Positions 8,006 to 15,121 of a stretch of 36,451 nucleotides of DNA are shown one piece after another. Under the pieces are notes generated by a model. It was not told where the DNA came from, did no database searches, and worked only from the letters and a program-made list of their open reading frames with translations. Within the stretch, counting starts at the first letter, position 1. The number at the start of each line of letters is the position of its first letter. Both the position numbers and the translations under genes were made by a program. Source of the stretch: Minisyncoccia bacterium (GTDB taxonomy: Bacteria > Patescibacteriota > Minisyncoccia > Phycocordibacterales > UBA918); NCBI GenBank assembly GCA_050299955.1, contig JBNKWW010000061.1, forward strand, positions 1-36,451. Direction: 5' to 3'.

Positions 8006-8032
8006 AAAAAACCCGACTATGATATAGTCGGG
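8006..8032. terminator. Hairpin terminator, better oriented for the minus strand
   Basis: AAAAAA-CCCGACTA-tgata-TAGTCGGG. The run of six T follows the stem only on the minus strand; on the plus strand the stem is followed by TAAATT. Confidence 0.6.
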
Positions 8033-8075
8033 TAAATTCGTTCTTGGCCAGTCTAACTAAGTGAGTTTCCAGAGT

Positions 8076-8199
8076 ATAACTCTCTAAGCAAGCTTTCGCA
8101 TAGAAAGTGAATGCTGCGCTAAGAGATGGTCCAGCACCTTGACTCAAGGTCAAGACCAGAACACGCTCGCAACAACACTCAGGTTGCTTAGAGAGTTAT
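8076..8199. ncRNA. Candidate structured ncRNA of unknown class (strand uncertain, minus favoured)
   Basis: A perfect 16-bp long-range helix, ATAACTCTCTAAGCAA (8076-8091) with TTGCTTAGAGAGTTAT (8184-8199), encloses about 90 nt. Internal hairpins include CTTTC/GAAAG (8093-8107) and TGGTC/GACCA (8127-8158), which surround the palindrome ACCTTGAcTCAAGGT (8136-8150). Terminator hairpins lie on both sides and there is no plausible ORF. Confidence 0.3.
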
Positions 8200-8229
8200 C
8201 TTCTTGAAACTAAATATAGTACTGACAAT

Positions 8230-8258
8230 AAAAAACTGCTTGATGACAAGCTGTTTTT
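8230..8258. terminator. Bidirectional terminator-like hairpin
   Basis: AAAAAACTGCTTG-atga-CAAGCTGTTTTT, with one internal mismatch, an A-run upstream and a T-run downstream. Confidence 0.45.
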
Positions 8259-8368
8259 GTTATCCGCAATAAATAGAGCATCTGGGCGACGAATGACTCG
8301 CCAAACTTCCAGTACGCATATACTAGCATACTAGAGAAATTTGTCAAGCTTATTAATAATGGGCGTAA

Positions 8369-8431
8369 GGACACAAAAGGGTGGCAAAAATCGGGGCCAA
8401 AAGCCCCGATTTTTGCCACCCTTTTGTGTCC
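8369..8431. repeat. 63-nt perfect palindrome (29-bp arms, 5-nt loop)
   Basis: GGACACAAAAGGGTGGCAAAAATCGGGGC-caaaa-GCCCCGATTTTTGCCACCCTTTTGTGTCC. The right arm contains the putative -35 of ruvB. Confidence 0.9.
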
Positions 8432-8452
8432 CCTCCCTAAAACCGATATAAT
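8424..8452 (+). promoter_or_regulatory. ruvB promoter TTGTGT-17nt-TATAAT, leaderless geometry
   Basis: TTGTGT at 8424-8429 and TATAAT at 8447-8452. The ATG at 8459 lies exactly 6 nt after the -10, and there is no SD. Confidence 0.5.
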
Positions 8453-8458
8453 ACATTA

Positions 8459-9454
8459 ATGACCAACTCGAAAGAACAGAGACCAAGCTTCACCAAAGAC
8501 GGCGCAGGCAACCTCGACCAAACACTTCGCCCCCAAACTTGGGAAGAATACGTTGGCCAAAGCAAGATAAAAGAAAACCTACGCATTCTCCTTACCGCTG
8601 CTCGCGAACGCGGTCACGCCGCTGAACATATTCTTCTTTACGGCCCACCAGGACTCGGCAAAACTACTCTTGCCCATCTTATTTCCAAAACTCTAGGTAC
8701 CAATATGCGCACTACTTCCGGTCCAGCTATTGAGCGTGTTGGTGACTTAGCCGCTATTCTCACCAACCTTTCTCCGGGCGACGTGCTTTTCATCGACGAA
8801 ATCCACCGCCTCTCAAAAAGTATCGAGGAAGTGTTATATCCCGCAATGGAATCAGGTGTACTCGACATCATCATCGGTAAAGGTCCGTCAGCCCGTACGG
8901 TTCAACTCGAACTCCCACCATTCACTCTCGTGGCTGCCACTACTCGTATTTCAATGCTATCTTCACCACTTCGTTCACGTTTCTCCGGAGGAACTTTCCG
9001 TCTCGAGTTCTATACCGAAGACGAAATTGCCAGCATTTTAAAACGCTCCACTTCCCTTCTTGGAGTTGAAACCAACCAAGAAATCCTAAACAACATCGCC
9101 AAACGTTGCCGTGCCACTCCACGCGCGGCCAACTATCTTCTGAAACGTTGTCGCGACCTCGCTCAACTAGAAGGCTCAGAACTTTCAGACCAAATTGTTG
9201 AAAGAACTTTCTCTCTTCTTGAAATAGACAACCTTGGCCTCAACGCTCCAGACCGCGCTGTTCTCGAAGCCATCATTGGCAAATTTGGTGGCGGACCAGT
9301 TGGCCTCAATACTGTCGCCGCCGCAACCGGTGAGGAAACTTCAACCATAGAGGACGTCATCGAGCCATATCTTATCCGCCTCGGTCTCCTCGAACGCACT
9401 CCCCGCGGCCGCACCGCCACAGCAAGCGCCTACGAACATATTCAAAGTATCTAA
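8459..9454 (+). CDS. ruvB: Holliday junction branch-migration ATPase RuvB
   Basis: Walker A GPPGLGKTT, Walker B VLFIDEIHRL, sensor TTRISMLSSPLRSRF, and a C-terminal winged-helix region. Confidence 0.97.
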   Translation: MTNSKEQRPSFTKDGAGNLDQTLRPQTWEEYVGQSKIKENLRILLTAARERGHAAEHILLYGPPGLGKTTLAHLISKTLGTNMRTTSGPAIERVGDLAAILTNLSPGDVLFIDEIHRLSKSIEEVLYPAMESGVLDIIIGKGPSARTVQLELPPFTLVAATTRISMLSSPLRSRFSGGTFRLEFYTEDEIASILKRSTSLLGVETNQEILNNIAKRCRATPRAANYLLKRCRDLAQLEGSELSDQIVERTFSLLEIDNLGLNAPDRAVLEAIIGKFGGGPVGLNTVAAATGEETSTIEDVIEPYLIRLGLLERTPRGRTATASAYEHIQSI

Positions 9455-9464
9455 ATAAAAAACT

Positions 9465-10013
9465 ATGTCAGGACATAATAAATGGAGCAAAATTAAACAT
9501 AAGAAAGCGGCAACTGATGCCGTGAAGAGTAAGGTATTTAGTAAACACGCCGCTTTGATTGCAATGGAATCAAGGCTAGCCAAGGGTGATACGAATTCGC
9601 CAAGCCTCGCCGCCGCCATTGAGCGCGCTAAGAAAGATTCGATGCCGAAGGAAAACATCGAGCGCGCGGTTGCAAAAGGCGCGGGCGTAGGCGGCGAGGC
9701 TTATGAAGAAGTGATGTTTGAGGCCTTTGGTCCAGGCGGTACCGCTATGATAGTTACTGCCGTAACCGACAACAACAACCGCACCGCCCCAGAAATACGT
9801 CACATTTTCTCAAAAGCTGGTTTTGAGCTTGGCACTCCAGGCTCGGCTGCTTGGGCCTTTACCAAAACAGCTGCTGGCTACGCGCCACAAAACCCCTTAG
9901 AACTTTCCGACAGTGATGGTGAAAAACTCGCTAACTTGATTGAGGCTCTGGAGGAACAAGATGACGTACAGGATATTTACACTACCGCAGATTCACCTGA
10001 AGATGACGAGTAG
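9465..10013 (+). CDS. yebC: YebC/PmpR-family protein (short, 182 aa)
   Basis: The N-terminus MSGHNKWSKIKHKKAATDA and the segment SMPKENIERAVAKG are YebC hallmarks. It is shorter than the usual roughly 240 aa. Confidence 0.85.
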   Translation: MSGHNKWSKIKHKKAATDAVKSKVFSKHAALIAMESRLAKGDTNSPSLAAAIERAKKDSMPKENIERAVAKGAGVGGEAYEEVMFEAFGPGGTAMIVTAVTDNNNRTAPEIRHIFSKAGFELGTPGSAAWAFTKTAAGYAPQNPLELSDSDGEKLANLIEALEEQDDVQDIYTTADSPEDDE

Positions 10014-10019
10014 GTTCAC

Positions 10020-10049
10020 AAAAAGGCTGGCGCTACGCGCCAGCCTTTT
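10020..10049 (+). terminator. Hairpin AAAAAGGCTGGCGC-tac-GCGCCAGCCTTTT
   Basis: Perfect 9-bp GC-rich stem flanked by A and T tracts. It is a variant of the GGCCGGCGC hairpin family. Confidence 0.65.
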
Positions 10050-10080
10050 ACCTGTATACCAAATACTATATACTAAATTT

Positions 10081-10551
10081 ATGAAAGTTTTAGGTATTGA
10101 CCCTGGGTATGACCGAATGGGAGTGGCGATTTTGGAAAAACAAAACGGACAAGAGACACTTCTCTTCTCTACTTGTATAGAAACCGATAAAAAATCAGAA
10201 TTGGACGACCGACTGTTCGAGCTAGGGATTGCTTTTAAAAAACTACTCGAAGAACACGAGCCTGATATGGTTGGTATCGAAAATCTCTTTTTTAATAAAA
10301 ATGTAAAAACTGCTATCGGGGTAGCTGAGGCGAGAGGGATAGTGATGTTCCTTGCGCGATCCGCTGGTGCAAAAGTTCTTGAATTTAGTCCACAAGAAAT
10401 AAAAATTGCCATAACCGGCTACGGCAAGAGTGACAAAACCGCTGTTATTGATATGGTTAAACGACTGGTTAAGAACGCCCCAGATAAGGCTCTGGACGAC
10501 GAATATGACGCCATCGCTGTTGCTGTAACTGCCCTCGCCCATCACCGATAG
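10081..10551 (+). CDS. ruvC: Holliday junction resolvase RuvC
   Basis: Lies within ORF 9940-10551. The start was chosen at MKVLGIDPGYDRMG (ATG 10081), which follows the yebC terminator. The catalytic GIDPG and DEYDAIAVA motifs are present. TATACT lies 6 nt upstream of the ATG. Confidence 0.9.
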   Translation: MKVLGIDPGYDRMGVAILEKQNGQETLLFSTCIETDKKSELDDRLFELGIAFKKLLEEHEPDMVGIENLFFNKNVKTAIGVAEARGIVMFLARSAGAKVLEFSPQEIKIAITGYGKSDKTAVIDMVKRLVKNAPDKALDDEYDAIAVAVTALAHHR

Positions 10552-10567
10552 AGATAACTCAAAACTA

Positions 10568-10596
10568 AAACTACAGGGGTTTAACCCCTGTAGTTT
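10568..10596 (+). terminator. Intrinsic terminator AAACTACAGGGG-tttaa-CCCCTGTAGTTT
   Basis: Perfect 12-bp stem directly after the ruvC stop. Confidence 0.65.
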
Positions 10597-10730
10597 ATCC
10601 AAAAAGGTTTTCCACATAGCTCGATTTGCACCGGCAAAAATTAACAATTAAACTGGTGCGCACGCTAGTTGCAGAGAAAAAGTTTTTTTGATAAAACCAA
10701 TAGCATTAAAAACAAAACCAAGATAAAACT

Positions 10731-11006
10731 ATGATCTTTTTTGGAATGATTCGCAATGACAAGGAAGAAGAAGTGGAGGAAGAGGACGGCGACGCCGGAC
10801 TTGATGATTCGATGCTTGATGAAATCAGTGACGACGATAGTCACGATGATGACACTGAAGGATTTGGTCATATTGACGAAAACAGTGTCGCCAAAGATGA
10901 CAGTGATGAAAAAGATGATGACGATGATGAATCTGACGAAGAGGATCTAGAGGAAGACGCAGAAGATGTCGACTTTGATACTTTTGATGATATTGATGAG
11001 ATGTAG
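10731..11006 (+). CDS. Hyper-acidic low-complexity protein (91 aa)
   Basis: By my count 47 of 91 residues are D or E. It ends in DFDTFDDIDEM. It is the only sizeable plus-strand ORF in an otherwise 586-bp gap, and the overlapping alternative-frame ORFs look like by-products of the GAT/GAA repeats. Confidence 0.5.
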   Translation: MIFFGMIRNDKEEEVEEEDGDAGLDDSMLDEISDDDSHDDDTEGFGHIDENSVAKDDSDEKDDDDDESDEEDLEEDAEDVDFDTFDDIDEM

Positions 11007-11097
11007 TTTTGATTTAGTAATCAGTGGTTAATTGTAAGTTATCAGTTATTTGTTACCAGTGCAAACAGACAACTTACAACTAACCACCGACCGCACA

Positions 11098-11138
11098 GAA
11101 TTTAAAACCCCGAGCCAAAGGCTCGGGGTTTTAAATTC
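11098..11138. terminator. Bidirectional terminator with 19-bp perfect arms
   Basis: GAATTTAAAACCCCGAGCC-aaa-GGCTCGGGGTTTTAAATTC lies between the convergent acidic-protein gene and tyrS. It overlaps the tyrS stop codon by 1 nt. Confidence 0.8.
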
Positions 11139-12364
11139 TAAACCAACACCACCAAACTCTTCTTCCCTCTTTTCAAGATAGAAATATCCATTTGGCTAAA
11201 TACTTTTTCAACATCAATCACCTTCTCACCATTTAACGAAACCGCGCCGCCTTCCACAAACTCACGCGCTTCTCTTTTGCTACTTGCGAGTCCGGACTCA
11301 ACCAAAACATCAATCACATTCTTTCCTTTATATTCACCGAAGGTAGGAGCGTTTTGTTTAAGCATTTCTTTTTCTTTATCATTCAACCCAGAAAGAGTCG
11401 CTCCTCCAAACAAAATACCAGAAACCCTCTCTGCAGCCACAGCCACCTCTTCACCATGAACTAAAGCAGTCACTGCAAAAGCTAAGCGCTTTTGTGCCAA
11501 ACGCGAACTTTTATCATTAGCAAAATCTTGCTCAATGGATGCAATTTCTTCGAGAGATAAAAAGGTAAAAAGTTTTAAATAATCAACTACACTTTCATCA
11601 GAACTATTTAGCCAAAATTGATAGAAAGCGTATGGTGAAGTTTTCTCAGCGTCGAGCCACACAGCATTACCTTCACTTTTGCCAAACTTCTTTCCGGTCG
11701 CTTTATCAACAATAAGCGGCACCGTTAAAGCATAAGCAGTCTTTTGTTCTTTGCGGCGAATCAAATCAACTCCAGCAATAATGTTACCCCACTGGTCGCT
11801 ACCCCCAATTTGCAAGTCACAACTGTAGCGACGATTAAGCTCTAGATAGTCGTAAGCCTGGAGAAGTGGGTAAGCAAACTCAGTATAAGAGATACCTACT
11901 TCCCCTTCCATTCTTTTAGCGATAGCATCTTTTTTAACCAGTTCGTTTACTGTGAAGTGCTTACCAATATCGCGCAAAAAAGCAATGAGACCAAGCTCTC
12001 CGAGCCACTCTAAATTGTCAACAAAAGTTATCTCATTGCTGCCAAGCAAATTCTTGGCCTGTTCAGCTAAACAACTAACTCGTCTCTTTAACTCTTCTGA
12101 CTCAACCAGAACTCGCTCAGCGTCTGGTTTTGGATCACCAATCATTCCTGTCCCACCACCCACTAAAAAAATCACCTTGTGACCACCCTTATGTAAATGA
12201 CTTAGGAGCATCCAAGTTACAAGATTGCCAAGATGTGCTGAATCAGCAGTTGGGTCGATGCCGAGATAAACTGTTCTTTTTTCCTCATCCAAAATAGTAC
12301 CCAGACTCTCTGCGGAAAATTGATTAACAAAACCGCGCGCTGTCAATTCTTCAGATAATTTCAT
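11138..12364 (-). CDS. tyrS: Tyrosyl-tRNA synthetase
   Basis: HIGH-type motif SAHLGNLV, KMSKS-type motif KFGKS, and a C-terminal S4-like domain (KREAREFVEGGAVSLNG). Confidence 0.95.
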   Translation of the reverse strand: MKLSEELTARGFVNQFSAESLGTILDEEKRTVYLGIDPTADSAHLGNLVTWMLLSHLHKGGHKVIFLVGGGTGMIGDPKPDAERVLVESEELKRRVSCLAEQAKNLLGSNEITFVDNLEWLGELGLIAFLRDIGKHFTVNELVKKDAIAKRMEGEVGISYTEFAYPLLQAYDYLELNRRYSCDLQIGGSDQWGNIIAGVDLIRRKEQKTAYALTVPLIVDKATGKKFGKSEGNAVWLDAEKTSPYAFYQFWLNSSDESVVDYLKLFTFLSLEEIASIEQDFANDKSSRLAQKRLAFAVTALVHGEEVAVAAERVSGILFGGATLSGLNDKEKEMLKQNAPTFGEYKGKNVIDVLVESGLASSKREAREFVEGGAVSLNGEKVIDVEKVFSQMDISILKRGKKSLVVLV

Positions 12365-12435
12365 ATTGATATAAATCTACCACAAGGGTCAATAGCTGTC
12401 TAAAACCCAAGGCCACTGGACAGCACGTGTTATTA

Positions 12436-12449
12436 TGGCAATATTGCCA
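12436..12449. promoter_or_regulatory. 14-bp perfect palindrome TGGCAATATTGCCA in the divergent tyrS/PBP spacer
   Basis: Perfect dyad 13 nt upstream of the PBP start codon, in a 97-bp divergent intergenic region. Confidence 0.25.
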
Positions 12450-12461
12450 ATAAACTGAATT

Positions 12462-14717
12462 ATGAAAAACAAAAAAGTCCCATTTTTAAAGAAACACAAA
12501 GAACTATTAATAGACGCAATCATTGGTTTATTGGTTCTTGGTCTTGTTGCTTTTGGAGCGATTTTGGTTTGGGTGTCCACTATGGATATTCCAGATCTTT
12601 CTTCGTTTGAGCAGCGTCGCGTACTTCAATCAACCAAAATCTACGACCGCACCGGTGAGATACTCCTCTACGACCTTCATCAAGATGTGCGTCGTACTTT
12701 GATTCCTTACGAAGATATCTCCATCAACATAAAAAATGCGACCGTCGCTATAGAAGACGATTCTTTCTTTGATCATATTGGAGTTCGACCTTTTGCCATC
12801 ATCCGTTCAATGATAACCAACACCTTAAGAAACGGCAGCCCGTTTAGCGGTGGTGGTGGTTCCACCATCACTCAACAGGTGATCAAAAACTCTATTTTGG
12901 TGCAAGAAAAAACCCTCACCCGCAAAATCAAAGAAGCCATCCTAGCAATTCGCCTGGAACAAGTTTTGACCAAAGAAGAAATTCTCAATCACTACCTAAA
13001 CGAATCACCTTACGGCGGAACCATTTACGGTGTCGAAGAAGCTAGCCAAGCCTTTTTTGGCAAACACGCTAAAGATATAGACCTGGCCGAAGCTGCCTAC
13101 TTGGCCGCTATGCCACAGGCTCCAACTTACTACTCCCCGTACGGTAACCACAAAGACTCTCTGGATAACCGCAAAAATACTGTTCTTGACCGAATGTTAG
13201 AACTCGGTTTCATCAGCAAAGAAGAATATCAAGGAGCTAAAGATGAAACAGTGGAATTTTTACCTCAAGCTGCTACCGGCATTCGCGCACCTCACTTTGT
13301 AATGTACATTCGTGACCAACTAGCCAACCAGTACGGCGAAGACGCTTTGGCTGAGCGCGGCTTTAAAGTAATTACCACTCTAGACTACGACCTAGAAGCA
13401 GCTGCCGAAGAAATTGTAAAAGAGAACGCTCTTAAAAACGAAAAGACCTTCAATGCTTCAAACGCTTCTCTGGTAGCGTTAGATCCTAAAGACGGTAGTA
13501 TTCTCACTATGGTTGGTTCTCGTGATTACTTCGATGAAGATATAGATGGAAACTTTAACATCGCCCTAGCAGAGCGTCAGCCAGGATCTTCATTCAAACC
13601 GTTTGTTTACGCCACCGCTTTCACTAAAGGTTACACCCCGGCCACCACCCTCTTTGATGTGCCGACCCAATTCTCAACTGCCTGCTCACCAGATAACTTC
13701 ACTTCAGAAGATGGTTGTTACTCACCACAAAACTACGACCACAGATTCCGTGGCCCCATCTCAATGCGTAACGCCTTAGCGCAATCTCTAAACATTCCGG
13801 CGGTAAAAACTTTGTATCTAGCAGGAATCAAAGATTCCCTAAAACTGGCTCACGACGCTGGCATCACAACCTTGAACGACCCTGACCGATATGGACTTAC
13901 CTTGGTACTTGGTGGTGGTGAAGTAAAGTTGATTGATATGGTTGGTGCCTACAGCGTATTTGCCAACGAAGGAGTTAAGGTACCAATTAAATCAATACTA
14001 CGAATAGAGGACTCTGCTGGCAATGTTATATACGACAACGAAGACTCGCCTTCTGGTCAAAGAGTCCTCGATACCAATGTGGCTAGAGAGATATCTGACG
14101 TTCTTTCAGACAACGTAGCCAGAACACCGCTCTACGGTTCTAACTCACTAATGTACTTTGGTGGTCGTGACGTTGCTGCCAAAACCGGTACCACCAACGA
14201 CAAACGTGACGCTTGGATTTTGGGTTACACACCTAGTATTGTAGTTGGTGCTTGGGCCGGCAACAACAACAACGAATCAATGAATGAAATATCAGGTCTC
14301 ATCATTACTCCACTTTGGCGTGAATTTATGGATGTAGCACTCGAAAAATTAAGTTCAGAATCATTTAATGACCCAGAACCGATAGCTGAAGACTTAAAGC
14401 CAGTATTGCGCTCTAATGGCCTTATAGTAGACCCTACAGCCTTTGCGGAAGATTTGGGTGACGGTTCATCAAATAAAGATGTTATGGAAGCTTTTTATCA
14501 AAACATCCATTCAATACTTTATTACGTAAACAAAGACAACCCCCTTGGACCAGTGCCAAGCAACCCGAGTTCAGATGCTCAGTTCCCTCTTTGGGAGTAC
14601 GGGGTAACAGCTTGGAAAGGTGGGCAATTCTCTGACGAGAGTGGCAACAATGAAACCGGGACTGATACGGAAACGACAGAAGCTTCCGATGGAATAGATG
14701 TAGGGAGTAGGCAGTAA
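12462..14717 (+). CDS. Class A penicillin-binding protein (glycosyltransferase plus transpeptidase)
   Basis: GT51 motifs EDDSFFDHIGV, GGSTITQQ and RKIKEA. Transpeptidase motifs SSFKP, SLN and KTGT. The N-terminus has a TM anchor. Confidence 0.95.
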   Translation: MKNKKVPFLKKHKELLIDAIIGLLVLGLVAFGAILVWVSTMDIPDLSSFEQRRVLQSTKIYDRTGEILLYDLHQDVRRTLIPYEDISINIKNATVAIEDDSFFDHIGVRPFAIIRSMITNTLRNGSPFSGGGGSTITQQVIKNSILVQEKTLTRKIKEAILAIRLEQVLTKEEILNHYLNESPYGGTIYGVEEASQAFFGKHAKDIDLAEAAYLAAMPQAPTYYSPYGNHKDSLDNRKNTVLDRMLELGFISKEEYQGAKDETVEFLPQAATGIRAPHFVMYIRDQLANQYGEDALAERGFKVITTLDYDLEAAAEEIVKENALKNEKTFNASNASLVALDPKDGSILTMVGSRDYFDEDIDGNFNIALAERQPGSSFKPFVYATAFTKGYTPATTLFDVPTQFSTACSPDNFTSEDGCYSPQNYDHRFRGPISMRNALAQSLNIPAVKTLYLAGIKDSLKLAHDAGITTLNDPDRYGLTLVLGGGEVKLIDMVGAYSVFANEGVKVPIKSILRIEDSAGNVIYDNEDSPSGQRVLDTNVAREISDVLSDNVARTPLYGSNSLMYFGGRDVAAKTGTTNDKRDAWILGYTPSIVVGAWAGNNNNESMNEISGLIITPLWREFMDVALEKLSSESFNDPEPIAEDLKPVLRSNGLIVDPTAFAEDLGDGSSNKDVMEAFYQNIHSILYYVNKDNPLGPVPSNPSSDAQFPLWEYGVTAWKGGQFSDESGNNETGTDTETTEASDGIDVGSRQ

Positions 14718-14721
14718 CAAG

Positions 14722-14750
14722 AAAAGGCCGGCGCTTCGCGCCGGCCTTTT
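14722..14750. terminator. Bidirectional terminator AAAAGGCCGGCGC-ttc-GCGCCGGCCTTTT
   Basis: Perfect 9-bp GC stem with flanking A4 and T4, between the convergent PBP and DUF721-like genes. It is identical to the copy at 32161-32189. Confidence 0.85.
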
Positions 14751-14770
14751 CTTATCCACCGTCACACATC

Positions 14771-15055
14771 TTACAAAATAACCTTCGGTGCCCCTTTCTC
14801 TCCCAGACGTCCTTTAAGGTGTGTCAAAATCTCTTTTTCTCGCATTTTTATTTCGCTACGCAACGCTCCGCCAGATAAAATGGATAAAGTTTTACTTCCT
14901 GGTTGATATTTAATTTTTTCTTTAGGAATCTTAAACCCAAGCAAATCATCAACCACCTCAATAAAAGCGTTAACAACTGTCGCCTCAGGCGCAATTAGTG
15001 TCTTTTTATATTTCTCAAATAAGTCACTGAGTTTTTTTACTTCACCACCACGCAT
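14771..15055 (-). CDS. DUF721/DciA-like small protein
   Basis: A 94-aa ORF directly downstream of dnaN. The C-terminal pattern KTLSILSGGALRSEIKMREKEILTHLKGRLGEKGAPKVI resembles the DUF721 core (L.v.v.s..w..el.....eil..l...lg....i..i). Confidence 0.45.
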   Translation of the reverse strand: MRGGEVKKLSDLFEKYKKTLIAPEATVVNAFIEVVDDLLGFKIPKEKIKYQPGSKTLSILSGGALRSEIKMREKEILTHLKGRLGEKGAPKVIL

Positions 15056-15121
15056 AATGTTTTTATTATATTTCTTTAAAAAGGTGAAGCCCGTGCAAAT
15101 GTACCACTTTTGGAGGAAAGA

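Noticed and set aside
8076-8199. Identity of the structured element as SRP (4.5S) RNA, 6S RNA, tmRNA, RNase P RNA or a TPP riboswitch.
   Set aside because: The conserved cores are absent on both strands. These include the GGAA-tetraloop domain IV with AGCAGC for SRP, GAGGAAAGUCC for RNase P, a tRNA-like end for tmRNA, and CUGAGA...ACCUGA for TPP. It is kept only as an unclassified candidate.
9940-10080. Long N-terminal extension of ruvC in the track ORF.
   Set aside because: The extension overlaps the end of yebC and reads through the yebC terminator hairpin. The conserved RuvC N-terminus MKVLGIDPG starts at 10081.
10665-10950. Alternative ORFs overlapping the acidic-protein gene (10665-10871 minus strand, 10756-10950 plus strand).
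   Set aside because: They are by-products of the GAT/GAA/GAC-rich repeat. The acidic frame is the longest and the only one bounded sensibly by the flanking terminators, although its own coding status is only moderate.
12365-12461. T-box leader upstream of tyrS.
   Set aside because: Only 97 nt separate tyrS from the divergent PBP gene, far shorter than a T-box leader. No T-box sequence or specifier-loop structure is visible.
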